This document shows positions 1-10,337 of a stretch of 64,000 nt of DNA, in pieces. Position numbers and translations under genes: made by a program. The DNA comes from Epithemia pelagica. Lineage: Eukaryota > Protista > Bacillariophyta. The notes beneath the pieces were generated by a model that was given only the letters and a program-made list of their open reading frames with translations, ran no database searches and was not told the DNA's origin. Where the stretch lies: NCBI GenBank assembly GCA_946965045.2, contig OX337236.1, forward strand, positions 620,001 through 684,000, given 5' to 3'. Within the stretch, counting starts at the first letter, position 1; the number at the start of each line of letters is the position of its first letter.

Positions 1-402
1 TGTACATGCACGTATGTGTCGTAGGCCATAGCTATCGTTTCCGCCGTCATTCATCTGTCTTCATCCATCCTCGTTCGCCATCCTCTCTTTTGCCTGCATC
101 GATCCATTTGTCTTTGTCTTTCTTGATTGTCACCATGTCTACCAAGAGACTCAAGATTCCATGGATGGTTGCGATGGCGGCTGAGTTGATTGTTGCGTTT
201 GATGTTTGATTGTTTTGTTTTGTTTTGTTTTGACGAAGAGCTGTTTGTTGCGTTCGCACGCCATTGTCGTTGATTGTTTTGTGTTCGATGTTGAATGTTG
301 AATGCTCGTCAACGTCCAAGGATCATTCCACCAAAGCCCCCTACCGTGAGGATCCGAGTGCTTTTCAGCCAGAAAGTTCAGGATCTTTCTTGGGATCTTT
401 CT

Positions 403-599
403 TCGTGTATCCAATGTTTCCAGTCGTGTATCCGTTGTTTCCAAGATGTTCCCAGAGTCTCCAGTCGTGTGTCCGATGTCTCCATGTTGTTTCCATTTGA
501 TTCCACTTGTTTCCATTGTTTCCAGTCGTGTTCCCACTTGTTTCCGATGTTTCCAGTCACGCTTCCAGTTTTGGCGATATGTTTCCACTCGTGTTTCTA
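403..599. repeat. Degenerate minisatellite, about 18 units of 9-12 bp mostly ending in (T/G)TTTCC
   Basis: Recurring units such as agtcgtgtatcc, gttgtttcc, acttgtttcc, gatgtttcc; they explain the repetitive LETxxT translation of ORF 151..609(-). Confidence 0.7.
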
Positions 600-1493
600 G
601 AAAAGTCATTAAATATATTGTTTACCCCTGTGTCGTAGAGGACTCTAATTCATGTCATGGCAATAAATAATAGAGTGTGTGTGCTTCGCATCTTCAGAAA
701 CATATCATCACCACTTATTGGGAAAACTCAATGCTTATAGATCCTTATCCTTTTAATAGGAAACAGTCATTTTGGCCACTGGGAACAATATTCGTAGGTG
801 TCCCACTACTTGGCACTACTACTCGTAGTACTCGTACTCGTAGAGACCCAGCGATGCCGTTTGTCATTGGGTTCGCTTCGTTTTCTGGAAAGACACTAAA
901 GCTGACAGAACACATTGACGCACAGTGCAAGATGCCAGCAATCCCAGAAACGCAGGCCAGCCCTTTGTGTTCTTGGGGGGCTTGATCCTGCACCCAGGGG
1001 TGGAAAGGCTCGGACCCCCAGTGTTGGAGGGGTAAAGCCCACAGGTCTTGTCATTTTTTGTCAATGTCATTTTTTTGTCTTGCGTGTTGTTCTTTCGCCG
1101 TTCCGTGTTGCAAAAAGGAAGTGGTTCTCGATTCTCGAGAACCGAGAAATACGGGGTGGCGGTTTGTATCGATCGTGGGACTCCTGACTCGATTCGCAGA
1201 GACAGCTCGCAATTCGCATCAGTCGAAAGTCCATTGCTCAAGCGTCATGGAAATCATGGGGTCCAAACGAGATCCCTGAGTTCGTCATTGTTCATTTCGG
1301 AGTCAGGGAAGTTGTCGAAGCGATCAGCGGACATTCTACATTGTCTTCACGTAGCAAGCAGAAAGACACAAGACACGTGTTCCATGCACTGTGCACGATT
1401 ACAACATCATCAGTTTTTGGTTTTTGATCTCTTCCCTTCCCTCACAAAAACCAAAAAGTAAATCTTTAAAAGCAACGACACCACAACAAAACT

Positions 1494-2102
1494 ATGGCCA
1501 TCCAGAAACAAAGTCAACAACAACAGTCTCAACAACAACAAGAGTTGGAGGCTACTCAACCCACCACAACATCGGCTGTCAAGACAAGCTACAAAATCCA
1601 GTTATTCGATGCCAAACACTACGATAATGTCGAACACCAATGGGATAACAAACCCTTTGTCGTCGACAAGATGAGATCCTTCTTTGGGGCCGTCCGAGAA
1701 GAACGCATGGATAAAGTCATCAAGGCCAAGCGATCCAAAATTGCCAAACAAGGATTGTGGGATCCCGAAGGATTGGTCTTGACCGATGTCAGCAAACCTT
1801 TCAAAAGTAAGCTCTTGTTCAGCATCAACCAAGACTATTTTAACGAGTCGAAAATGGACCTTGAGCTCCCCGAAGACTTGCAAATCCAATTCATGTCTGG
1901 AATTTGGTTGTCCAAGGTGTATGTGGGTGAATATGGTCAGTTCTTGAACTGGGTGGACGATGCCATTGCTTATGTCAAGGACCGATACAACCGCAAGGTG
2001 GATGCCCATCGCGATTGGTTTGTGTATTATCCAAGTGCCTTGGAGATGCAAAAGCCAGAGGGTCAATCGGTTGTCACATTCTTCATCAAAGTGTCTGATT
2101 GA
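1494..2102 (+). CDS. 202-aa protein resembling the bacterial/archaeal 'hydrolase'-annotated GyrI-like family, with a Q-rich N-terminal extension
   Basis: Intronless ATG-TGA ORF. Blocks WDNKPFVVDKMRSFF, LVLTD, MSGIWLSKVYVGEY..F..W and WFVYY match my recollection of this prokaryotic family (W..K.F..D.V..FF / LSGKF.SKVYEGP...W / .Y.WY). Confidence 0.6.
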   Translation: MAIQKQSQQQQSQQQQELEATQPTTTSAVKTSYKIQLFDAKHYDNVEHQWDNKPFVVDKMRSFFGAVREERMDKVIKAKRSKIAKQGLWDPEGLVLTDVSKPFKSKLLFSINQDYFNESKMDLELPEDLQIQFMSGIWLSKVYVGEYGQFLNWVDDAIAYVKDRYNRKVDAHRDWFVYYPSALEMQKPEGQSVVTFFIKVSD

Positions 2103-2552
2103 GGACCGGTGCATGATGTTTAGATTTGGGACGCACTCCATGTTCAATTTCCAGTAGACAGCCTTTGCCTGATTGAAATCATTTTGTAGAATGATAGAAG
2201 AATAGTTTTGATTCTTTGGATAGAATTGAGAAGTTCTGCCTGTAGGTTGTCGGTAGCTTTGATTTGCTTGCTGTATTCTAATCTTTGAATGCACCCGTTG
2301 AGGGGTTTGCATGATCCGCTAAATAGCATCGATACTCGTTTCCTTCTCGGATGGATTTACAGTCTCTTCCAAAGTCCATTGGCATTTGGGACCGGTGGCG
2401 AGGAAGATCAAGGACTGGTAAGGTTCATGTGGACTGGTTTTCCTATTCCAACAGCAAAATTGCATAGCAACTGCATAGCAAACGTGCCAATGGTCAGAGA
2501 TTCCATCGACTGGTCTCTATCGTCTTGAGCGACACGTATGGATGGTTCGTCG

Positions 2553-4178
2553 TCAAGTGCAGGTAACGGGATCCACCGCCTGAATGGCGCGGTTCACAGT
2601 TTCGGAACTGCAGTGATCAAACCAGACGGCACATCGTGGTTGTTGCAGACTCAATTCCAGGCCCACTTGACTGAATTTACTACGACTCATGACCAGGCAC
2701 GTGGAATCGATCAAGACTTTGAGTTCGGCCCAAACCAGTCGGTAGGCGGACGCGTAATCCTGAAACTCCGTCGTTCGACTCTTGGCCAAATGCAAAATTT
2801 CCATTGACGCATTGGCCATGAGTATCTGGGTGTCGTCTTTTTGACCCCACGATTCAATCCGTTTCTTGGCCAAGACCGTGTCGGCCGCGACGTAAATGGG
2901 GGGAACCGCACTGGTCTCGTTGGAGGAGTGCTGGTGGTGGGCATGACAATGGTGGAACAAGGCTTGTTGCAGGGTCACGGCACACGAGTAAAAGCGTCGA
3001 AGATCTACAACGTGTCCATGCCGCGGTGGATCGTCCCAGGTTTCTCCGGGACCCGTCCGGATATGGACGGCAACATAGGGTTGTTGGTGGTGTGGAACAG
3101 CGGATATTACAACTACATCGTCCTTTTGCTTGGACTGTTGTTGGAGCAAGGCTTGTGCATCCTGTTTCACACGATCTGTGAATCGAAACAAGGACCAAAA
3201 GCCCCAATGAAAGAGTGACCGATTGTGCGATGGACAATTGGTCAAAGTACTACTAGTGTGTTGTTCTTGTTGGTCTTGTTGTTGTCGTTGACAATAAGTT
3301 TGGAAACAGGTACTGTTTCGCAAGACTGATTCATGTGTCATGAGATTGGTTTGAATTTCCACCATCCGTGGTGGTGGTTCCAGATCCTTGAGAGGTTGTA
3401 GTACCTGACACGGTTCCAACAAGAGGGGATGTTGTCGCCAGTCCATGGCCTGGATCTTTTGAATGTCGTGTGGTGTGGCTTGTGGTTGCTGCTGCTGCTG
3501 TTTTTGATCTGGAAGGAACGGGTTCTCCCATGCAAGGGACGCGTCGGCGGGTTCGAGAAACTGCAACATCAATAAGGGTACTCCTCCAGTCGTCGAGGAG
3601 TGTGGTGGTTGTGGTTGATTCCACCACCCATCCAACAGCAGGGTTCGATTGGTGAGCATGGCAATGTAAAACGTCATGACGACACCATACAAACGATCCC
3701 CCAAACCTCCACACGCCTCATTGGTTCGACACACCCATCGCACATATCGTGGCTGCTGTTGGTGATGCATAACGTATTCGGGTACTTGTGGTTGTTGTTG
3801 TTGTACATCCACTTGGATCCAACTGGGAATTTGATATGGCAGTGGAGCTTGTTTCTTCTTCTTCTTCCATCGTCGCGCGGTTGTTGTAGTAGTACTAGAG
3901 TGGGCGGTGGTATCCACAGTGGCACGGTTCCAATCCGAAACTCTTGGTATGCTCGTTCCAGTGGGCGATGGCCCTCCTCCAGCCAGTTTGGGGTCTTGGA
4001 CTCGCAGCAATAGATTCCAAGATACACAAATACAAGCAATCACAAGGAGGACGGCCATTAGCACGACGACCAGAAGAAGGAGCGTCATTTTCGTGGCCTT
4101 TGGTTGTGTTGCAGTAGCACCATGACGGCGGCGGCGAAGGGTTGTTCTTCGTTTTTGTTGTTGTTTCACGGCCGCCAT
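2553..4178 (-). CDS. Type II membrane fucosyltransferase-like glycosyltransferase (GT23/O-FucT-like GT-B fold), 541 aa
   Basis: Basic N-terminus then a TM helix (LLLLVVVLMAVLLVIACICV); motifs CGGLGDRL, YVAVHIRTG, IYVAADT, STCLVMSRSKFS. Confidence 0.75.
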   Translation of the reverse strand: MAAVKQQQKRRTTLRRRRHGATATQPKATKMTLLLLVVVLMAVLLVIACICVSWNLLLRVQDPKLAGGGPSPTGTSIPRVSDWNRATVDTTAHSSTTTTTARRWKKKKKQAPLPYQIPSWIQVDVQQQQPQVPEYVMHHQQQPRYVRWVCRTNEACGGLGDRLYGVVMTFYIAMLTNRTLLLDGWWNQPQPPHSSTTGGVPLLMLQFLEPADASLAWENPFLPDQKQQQQQPQATPHDIQKIQAMDWRQHPLLLEPCQVLQPLKDLEPPPRMVEIQTNLMTHESVLRNSTCFQTYCQRQQQDQQEQHTSSTLTNCPSHNRSLFHWGFWSLFRFTDRVKQDAQALLQQQSKQKDDVVVISAVPHHQQPYVAVHIRTGPGETWDDPPRHGHVVDLRRFYSCAVTLQQALFHHCHAHHQHSSNETSAVPPIYVAADTVLAKKRIESWGQKDDTQILMANASMEILHLAKSRTTEFQDYASAYRLVWAELKVLIDSTCLVMSRSKFSQVGLELSLQQPRCAVWFDHCSSETVNRAIQAVDPVTCT

Positions 4179-4626
4179 GACACTCTCCTTCGTTGGTTCC
4201 TTCCTTCGTTCCTGGTTTCTTCAGCCGAACACACCACAAGGCTATTGGATTACTCGCATGGAGCAATCAATCACCAAGACGTTCTCTCTTCGTAGAGAGC
4301 TTCATCTATCCAGATTCTCTTGCCGCCATTGCGATACACAAAGAAAAATGAGCGTGCCCCTCATTTGGGGGGTTTGCGAAAGAAATAAAAGGGGTTACAG
4401 AAGGGGCACCTCTCTTTTAAGGGGGTTTACGGGACTTCCATTCACGGACTTCTCGAGCAATCCCAGAACTTTTTTTCATCACTCGGGCTCATTCAAGTTT
4501 TCTTCTTGATGACGATGACGACAACCCAAAAAAGCAGCAGTAGACAAAACAATTTAACAACAACAATCCAGACAAAGAAGCAGCAAGACGACGACACGAC
4601 AACGACAAAGGCATTCACGAAAAAGG

Positions 4627-6368
4627 ATGGGAACCATGGACGATACTGTTGGTCATCCACGACATGAATACAGTCCAATCGGAGAGAGTGGAGATATCCA
4701 AGAGAATCTCGTGGAGGCAACCAGACAAACCGCACCATTTCAGCAACAACAGCAAGGCGAAGACGAAGAACGAGATCACCAACAACATGATCCAGATTCA
4801 GGTCGTTTGTCGGCGAAACGAATCGAACATCATTTTCGATGGATGAGTGTTTTGTTTGGAGCCAATCATGCCAGTGTCGTTTCCTGTTTGTCCTTGGCCA
4901 CGGCTCGGTTTGCGGCGGTGGGTGCATGGCAATCAGGAATTTTGTACACCACCTATGTCGCCTCGGCCCTCTTGGGTGCCACGGGTGTTGTCAAACACTT
5001 GGGAGGACGAAATGCCCTCGTGGCGGGTATGGGATTGTATTGTGCCTATGTCGCCGCCTTTTTACTGGCCACTCTCGTCAGTAATGTCACGCATCAACAA
5101 ACGGCAGCCTATGTCGGGGCCGCCATTGGAGGAGTTGGTGCGGGATTTCTGTGGACCGCGCAAGGTAAGACCAATATGAGTTTGTGTGTGTTTGTGTGCA
5201 TACCTGGCTCGTTTCGGGTGGTGACGGTTGCTGTGGTATGTCATTTGGCCACATGTGGGAAAGACACCCTCACACACCTTGTTTCGTTTGCTGTTGTCAT
5301 CACTGTTTGTTGTTGTTGTTGCTTGTTGTTGTTGTACAATGTATAGGTGCCTACTTTGCGGGAGCGGCACGACACCATGCACAGTGTTTGGGCCATGCCT
5401 TAGAAGACTCGACGAATCGATTTAGTTCCATTTTTGCCTTTTGGTACCTTTGTGAAGAAGTGGTTTTGCGGGCCAGTTCCAGTTTGGTGGGATCCAGTCA
5501 CTTTTTTGATTGGACTGTTCTCTTTGCTCTCTACTTTGTCGTGGCCCTGGCTTCCACGGTAGGCATGCTGGCCGTCCAACCCTTGTCCGAACAACCACAA
5601 CAAGACCCTTCGGACCTCAGCAATAGCCCTCCTACAGTCGAATCATCGTCCTGGTTGTCTCGTTCCACCACGGCCCTTCAACTCTTGGTTCAGGATTCCA
5701 AAATGAAGTACATGATTGGTCTCAATGCCACCTTTGGATTTGCCGCCGCCTTTTTGGGATCCTACATTAATGGCGAAGTCCATCCGGCCGTCTTTGGCAC
5801 GTCCAACAAGGTGGGTTTGTATACCGCCTGGCTGTCCATTGTGGCCACCGCCATGAGTACCGGCTTTGAATCGCTGGCCACGCGATACGGCAAGGGTTGG
5901 GTTCTCATGGTCGGATCAGTCTGTTTTTTTTGGGTGGCGGCGCCCTTTGTGATTTGGCCCAATGTCGAGGAGGATTGGACCGCCTGGGGCTTGCTCTTTG
6001 TGTATACCATGCAAGGGACGGGTCGGGCCACCTTTGAAGGCACGCTCAAGGCGGTCTTTGCCGACTTGTTTCAAGTGGAAAAAGAAGGCGCCTTTGCCAA
6101 TATTATTCTACAAAATGGATCCGCCAGTGCCTTGGGATATGCCCTGTCGTTTGGATTGCAGTGTCCGGAAGCAACCACGTATTGTGTCGTTTTTCGAGAT
6201 GGCAGTTTGCATCATGTCTTGACTTTTGAAGTACTTGTCATGGTTTCCAGTATCGTTGGTATTGTGGGGTATCTACGAGCCTCGCAAATTCATGAGCAAC
6301 AACAGCGAGATATGAGAGATTATGATCACTTGTCACCCACCAGACCAGACAATAACAACCTCGCCTGA
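4627..6368 (+). CDS. UNC-93-like MFS membrane protein; exons 4627-5164 and 5347-6368
   Basis: ORFs 4627 and 5184 join in frame through GT-AG intron 5165-5346 (CAAG|gtaaga...gtatag|GTGCC) to give GAGFLWTAQGAYF, a UNC-93-type motif; many TM helices. Confidence 0.85.
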
Positions 6369-6528
6369 TAAATCGTTCGAGGTACCTGTCGTTTTGACAC
6401 TGTTGGGAGTCGTTTGTATATACCTCTAAGGAACAACATAGTGAACCGAGGGAAAGAATACCAAGAATGACACACTGTTCCTAATGTAAACGTTTTAACT
6501 GTACAGTCCCTTTCCCATCTACCATTCC

Positions 6529-9500
6529 TTAACCAGTGTTGCCCATTCCATTGGCGACACCGGTAATGGAGATGAGGAGAGCATCCTTCAATGTCTTGTC
6601 TTCCTCCTTGCCATCCCGCAGGCGTTTGAGTGTTTCGGCCTGGAGGACATTGAGACAGTCCACATAGGGGTTCCGGACTGTGAGTTTGCGCAACAAAATC
6701 TTGTTGTTTTCCGACAGTTCCGAATGGTTGGTCAAGTCCAAGACGGCATGTTCCGTGTCCAAATGAGCTTGACGCACTTCGGTACCCAATTGCTTGGCCA
6801 ACTCTTCCTTGACCAAGACATTGTCGTAATGAGCGGCAATGGCGGGTTCTGATTTGACCAAGACCATTTCCACTACATCAATCATGGACCGGAAGGATCC
6901 CCATTCTTGGTACATTTGACGAAGCGTGGTGGCATCCTCACTCTTCAAAATTTGTCCCACAGCGTCTCCGACGCCCAACCAGGAGGGCAAATTCAATCGC
7001 GTCTGAGTCCACGCAAAGTTCCAGGGAATGGCTCTCAAACTTTCCACGCCGCCCGTAGCCTTGCGTTTGGCGGGACGGGATCCAATGTTGAGACTGGCCA
7101 ATTCCAATTCCGGTGTGGCAGACCGAAAGTAGGGGACAAATCGTTCGTCGCCCCGCACCACCTTGCGGTAGCCGGCACAACTGACATCCGACAATTGTTT
7201 CATCATGGCTCTCCAACTATCGAGCGGAGCCGGTCGATCCGTGAGCTTTTCGGCCAAGACGGCCGCCGTGTAAATATCCATGGTGCGTTCGGCGCGGTCG
7301 CCAAAGCCAAAGTTTTGGTTAATCATTTCACCCTGTTCCGTGACTCGGAATCGACCCTTGATGGTTCCGGGAGCGTGCGAGTTGATGGCAATAAAGGTTT
7401 GCGGATTGCCGCCCCGACCGACGGTACCACCCTTGCCGTGGAAGAACCACATGTTGACGCCAAATTCTTGGGCCAATTTCGCCAACTTTTCTTGGGTTTC
7501 GTATTGCGCCCAACTGGCCGCCAATCGACCGGCATCTTTGGCCGAATCGGAATAGCCAATCATGACTTCTTGCTGACCGCCAATAATGCCCATGTACACG
7601 GGCAGCGAAAAGAGGGTGCGCATGGTATCCGTGGCGCCTTCCAAATCACTCAGTGTTTCAAAGAGCGGGGCAATCCTTAGGGGTTTCTGGACGCCGGCAT
7701 CGAGTTGCAACAAGAGGACGGCCAGCACATCACTGGCACTGGTGGCGTGACTAATGACATAGGCGCCCAAACTATCGGCATGTTGTTCGGCAATCATTTG
7801 GAAAATGCCCAGGGTATCCACGGCTGTGGGAGAAAAGTATTCGGGATATTCATTCCAAACGCCGGGACGGACCAAGGGACGACGCGAGGCAATTTGGGTG
7901 GTGAGCCAATTCACCTTGGTTTGTTCGTCCCATTCGGCATAACTGCCCAATCCCAAGTATCGGGTAATGGAATCAATGGCCTCTCGGTGTTTGCCACTCT
8001 CTTGACGAACATCCAAGGGAATCAAGGTCAACCCAAAGGCGGACAAGTTTCGCATCAAATCCGTCAAGATGCCTTCGGCGGCAAATCCATTGCCCGTTTC
8101 TTCCAAGGAACGACGAATGGTTTGGAACTGTTCCATGAGTTCTTGTTTGGACAAGTAAATATCCTCCTCCGAAACAGCCGCTGGAGACGCTGCCGTTCCT
8201 CCCTCTTCAATCTTGGCCAATTCGTCTTCGGCCCACAATTGGGTTTGCAGCATCTTGTGGATCATGGGGGCCAAAAAGGCACGGTAGGGTTCCCGAGCCT
8301 CGTCTCCGACGACGGCCCGCACTTCGTCCGAACACGTGGTAATGGACAATTCACTTTCCAAGCGTCGCAAATCGCGTTGCAACAAGCTGGCAGCCTTCGC
8401 CCGATTGCGGAGACACACCTTGCGGGTCGTGTCGGGTTTGACATTGGGATTGCCATCGCGATCGCCGCCCATCCAACTGGCAAAGCGCACCGGTGTGGCC
8501 CCATCCGGCAAGCCCTTGCCCAAAAATTCTTGAGCCGTGGCATCGAGTTTGCGCAAAAACTGCGGCACCGTGTCCCACAAGACGGTTTCCACCACAAGAG
8601 TGCCCTTTTCGGCCTCGACTTCGGGCGTGGGTTTGGACCGATTCAATTCGTCCGACAACCAAATACTGGCCATTTCCGCGTACATGGCCTTGTTCAACTT
8701 TTCCTTTTCGTACGAGGTGGCAAAACTCGTGCGGTAATTGTCCGCCATGGTGAGAATTTCTTGAACGCGCTTGTTCTTGTTGATAATGGTCCGACGATTG
8801 ACTTCGGTGGGATGCGCCGTCAAGACATAGTCGACGGTTTGTGTCGTCAAGGCGCGCCAAATGTCCTCCTTGGAATGACCCTGTTCCAACAAGGCCGGCA
8901 AGACGCCGCCACAACTATCGGATTTGGGATAAAGGGCTCCAAAACTGACCCCAGCCTCGGAGGCTTCACTTTGTTGGTGCCGAATGCGTCGAATCCGATG
9001 ATGGGCTTCGGCGGCATTGGCCATGGCCAAAAAATGCGTAAAGGCACGACTAATGGTAAAGAGTTCCTTGTCTGTCAAGCTCGACACCGTCGAGGCCAAT
9101 TGACTAAAGGCGGCATCGGCCTCGGCCTTTTTGGCGCCGTCGCGACCGGCTCCGGCCTTGCGCCATTCCTTGGCCATGCCGCGCAAGGCTTCCACCTTGT
9201 CAAAGACGGGTTGGCCTTCGTGGTCACGCACCACTTGGCCCAACAAGTTGCCCATGACACGAACGTCATTGCGCAACAAGGGATGGTCACTGTTGGTGGC
9301 GTCCTGCGCCGACGAGGGAGGAAGTTCGTGCGATTGAGGTTCCAATAGAGAGGGATTCGGTTCTTCAAAGGACGACCCAATCCAACGTCGTTGCTGGGGT
9401 GCTCCGTCCAGGAGGACGCTAGACGAAGCCGCCAAGGGAGCCCGAGTGGACGACGATGACGACGACACTGCGGACGACAAGGCACCCGCAGCACGGTGCG

Positions 9501-9549
9501 AAGCCGCTCGTCGTAACGAGGCGGAAACGATTCGATGCGAGGTGTACAT
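6529..9549 (-). CDS. PEPC: Phosphoenolpyruvate carboxylase, about 1006 aa, with an R/S/A-rich mitochondrial-type presequence (PEPC2-like)
   Basis: Motifs LTAHPTE, SWMGGDRDGNP, PLFET, QEVMIGYSDSAKDAG, FHGKGGTVGRGG, LRAIPW and C-terminal xNTG. First ATG at 9549 (the track start at 9555 is TTG). Confidence 0.97.
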   Translation of the reverse strand: MYTSHRIVSASLRRAASHRAAGALSSAVSSSSSSTRAPLAASSSVLLDGAPQQRRWIGSSFEEPNPSLLEPQSHELPPSSAQDATNSDHPLLRNDVRVMGNLLGQVVRDHEGQPVFDKVEALRGMAKEWRKAGAGRDGAKKAEADAAFSQLASTVSSLTDKELFTISRAFTHFLAMANAAEAHHRIRRIRHQQSEASEAGVSFGALYPKSDSCGGVLPALLEQGHSKEDIWRALTTQTVDYVLTAHPTEVNRRTIINKNKRVQEILTMADNYRTSFATSYEKEKLNKAMYAEMASIWLSDELNRSKPTPEVEAEKGTLVVETVLWDTVPQFLRKLDATAQEFLGKGLPDGATPVRFASWMGGDRDGNPNVKPDTTRKVCLRNRAKAASLLQRDLRRLESELSITTCSDEVRAVVGDEAREPYRAFLAPMIHKMLQTQLWAEDELAKIEEGGTAASPAAVSEEDIYLSKQELMEQFQTIRRSLEETGNGFAAEGILTDLMRNLSAFGLTLIPLDVRQESGKHREAIDSITRYLGLGSYAEWDEQTKVNWLTTQIASRRPLVRPGVWNEYPEYFSPTAVDTLGIFQMIAEQHADSLGAYVISHATSASDVLAVLLLQLDAGVQKPLRIAPLFETLSDLEGATDTMRTLFSLPVYMGIIGGQQEVMIGYSDSAKDAGRLAASWAQYETQEKLAKLAQEFGVNMWFFHGKGGTVGRGGNPQTFIAINSHAPGTIKGRFRVTEQGEMINQNFGFGDRAERTMDIYTAAVLAEKLTDRPAPLDSWRAMMKQLSDVSCAGYRKVVRGDERFVPYFRSATPELELASLNIGSRPAKRKATGGVESLRAIPWNFAWTQTRLNLPSWLGVGDAVGQILKSEDATTLRQMYQEWGSFRSMIDVVEMVLVKSEPAIAAHYDNVLVKEELAKQLGTEVRQAHLDTEHAVLDLTNHSELSENNKILLRKLTVRNPYVDCLNVLQAETLKRLRDGKEEDKTLKDALLISITGVANGMGNTG

Positions 9550-10337
9550 GGTCAATCAATTTTGTGGATCAATTTTGATGACTGACGACGGGCATCTTGC
9601 ATTTGCAGTATTGGATCGCAAATGCATTCCCTCTTGTTACGTCATCATAAGACTATGACGTGGTGATGTCCGTGGGGAAGAGGTACACAAAAAGCCTTCT
9701 TCGTCGTTCTTCTTTTCATATATAGTGTAGTTTAGCTTGCACTTTTCCATGTCGCATTTGATCTACGACATGAAGGGTATCCCGCCGAAAGTTTTGTCTA
9801 CAGTAAAACGGCAAAGTAGTATACTGATGGACGCAGCGATGGACGGACTATGACTCGGAAGACGGAAGGGAAAGTCCTTCGTTTAGGAGTATCTTCGAGG
9901 ATCTTGGTGGATTCGAGAATCATCGAACTGAAGGTTCGACGTGCATCCTTATGGAATCCGGGAGATGGGAAAACTGCACCCACAAAAATTGCAACTACAA
10001 CCACTTTTTCTTGACACCTCGGTTCGACCAAGGGTCATGACGCGCTCGTCTTGGTCGTTACTATTGGATGTCCGTAGTAGAGAGGGAGGAGGATGACTAC
10101 TATTGAATACGCAATATAGCTATTTGTATCGTCGCGGAACGACGCGAGGAAAAGGGGGCAACTAGCAGCCATGGATGATCACCCTGACGCCATTCGACAC
10201 TATACGACGCCATGAACCAACGGTTCATATACCCAAGGGGTTGGACCGTCCACCATTGAATTCTCTTCTTCTCATGAGTGGCATTGCACATACGCCATGA
10301 GGGAAACGAATCCCATCCCTCTTTACCACAATTGTCG

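Noticed and set aside
403-599. CRISPR array or telomere repeat
   Set aside because: No constant repeat with unique spacers; units are not TTAGGG-like; eukaryotic context.
264-1460. Short ORFs, including a PYREDPSAFQPE string reminiscent of a P450 PERF region
   Set aside because: No heme motif or extended similarity, and no coherent exon chain.
4345-4495. Possible MITE (AATGAGC...GCTCATT)
   Set aside because: Only a 7-bp inverted match with no TSD; likely promoter sequence.
6907-9348. Long + strand ORFs (257 and 547 aa) antisense to PEPC
   Set aside because: Codon-register shadows of a biased gene; no motifs.
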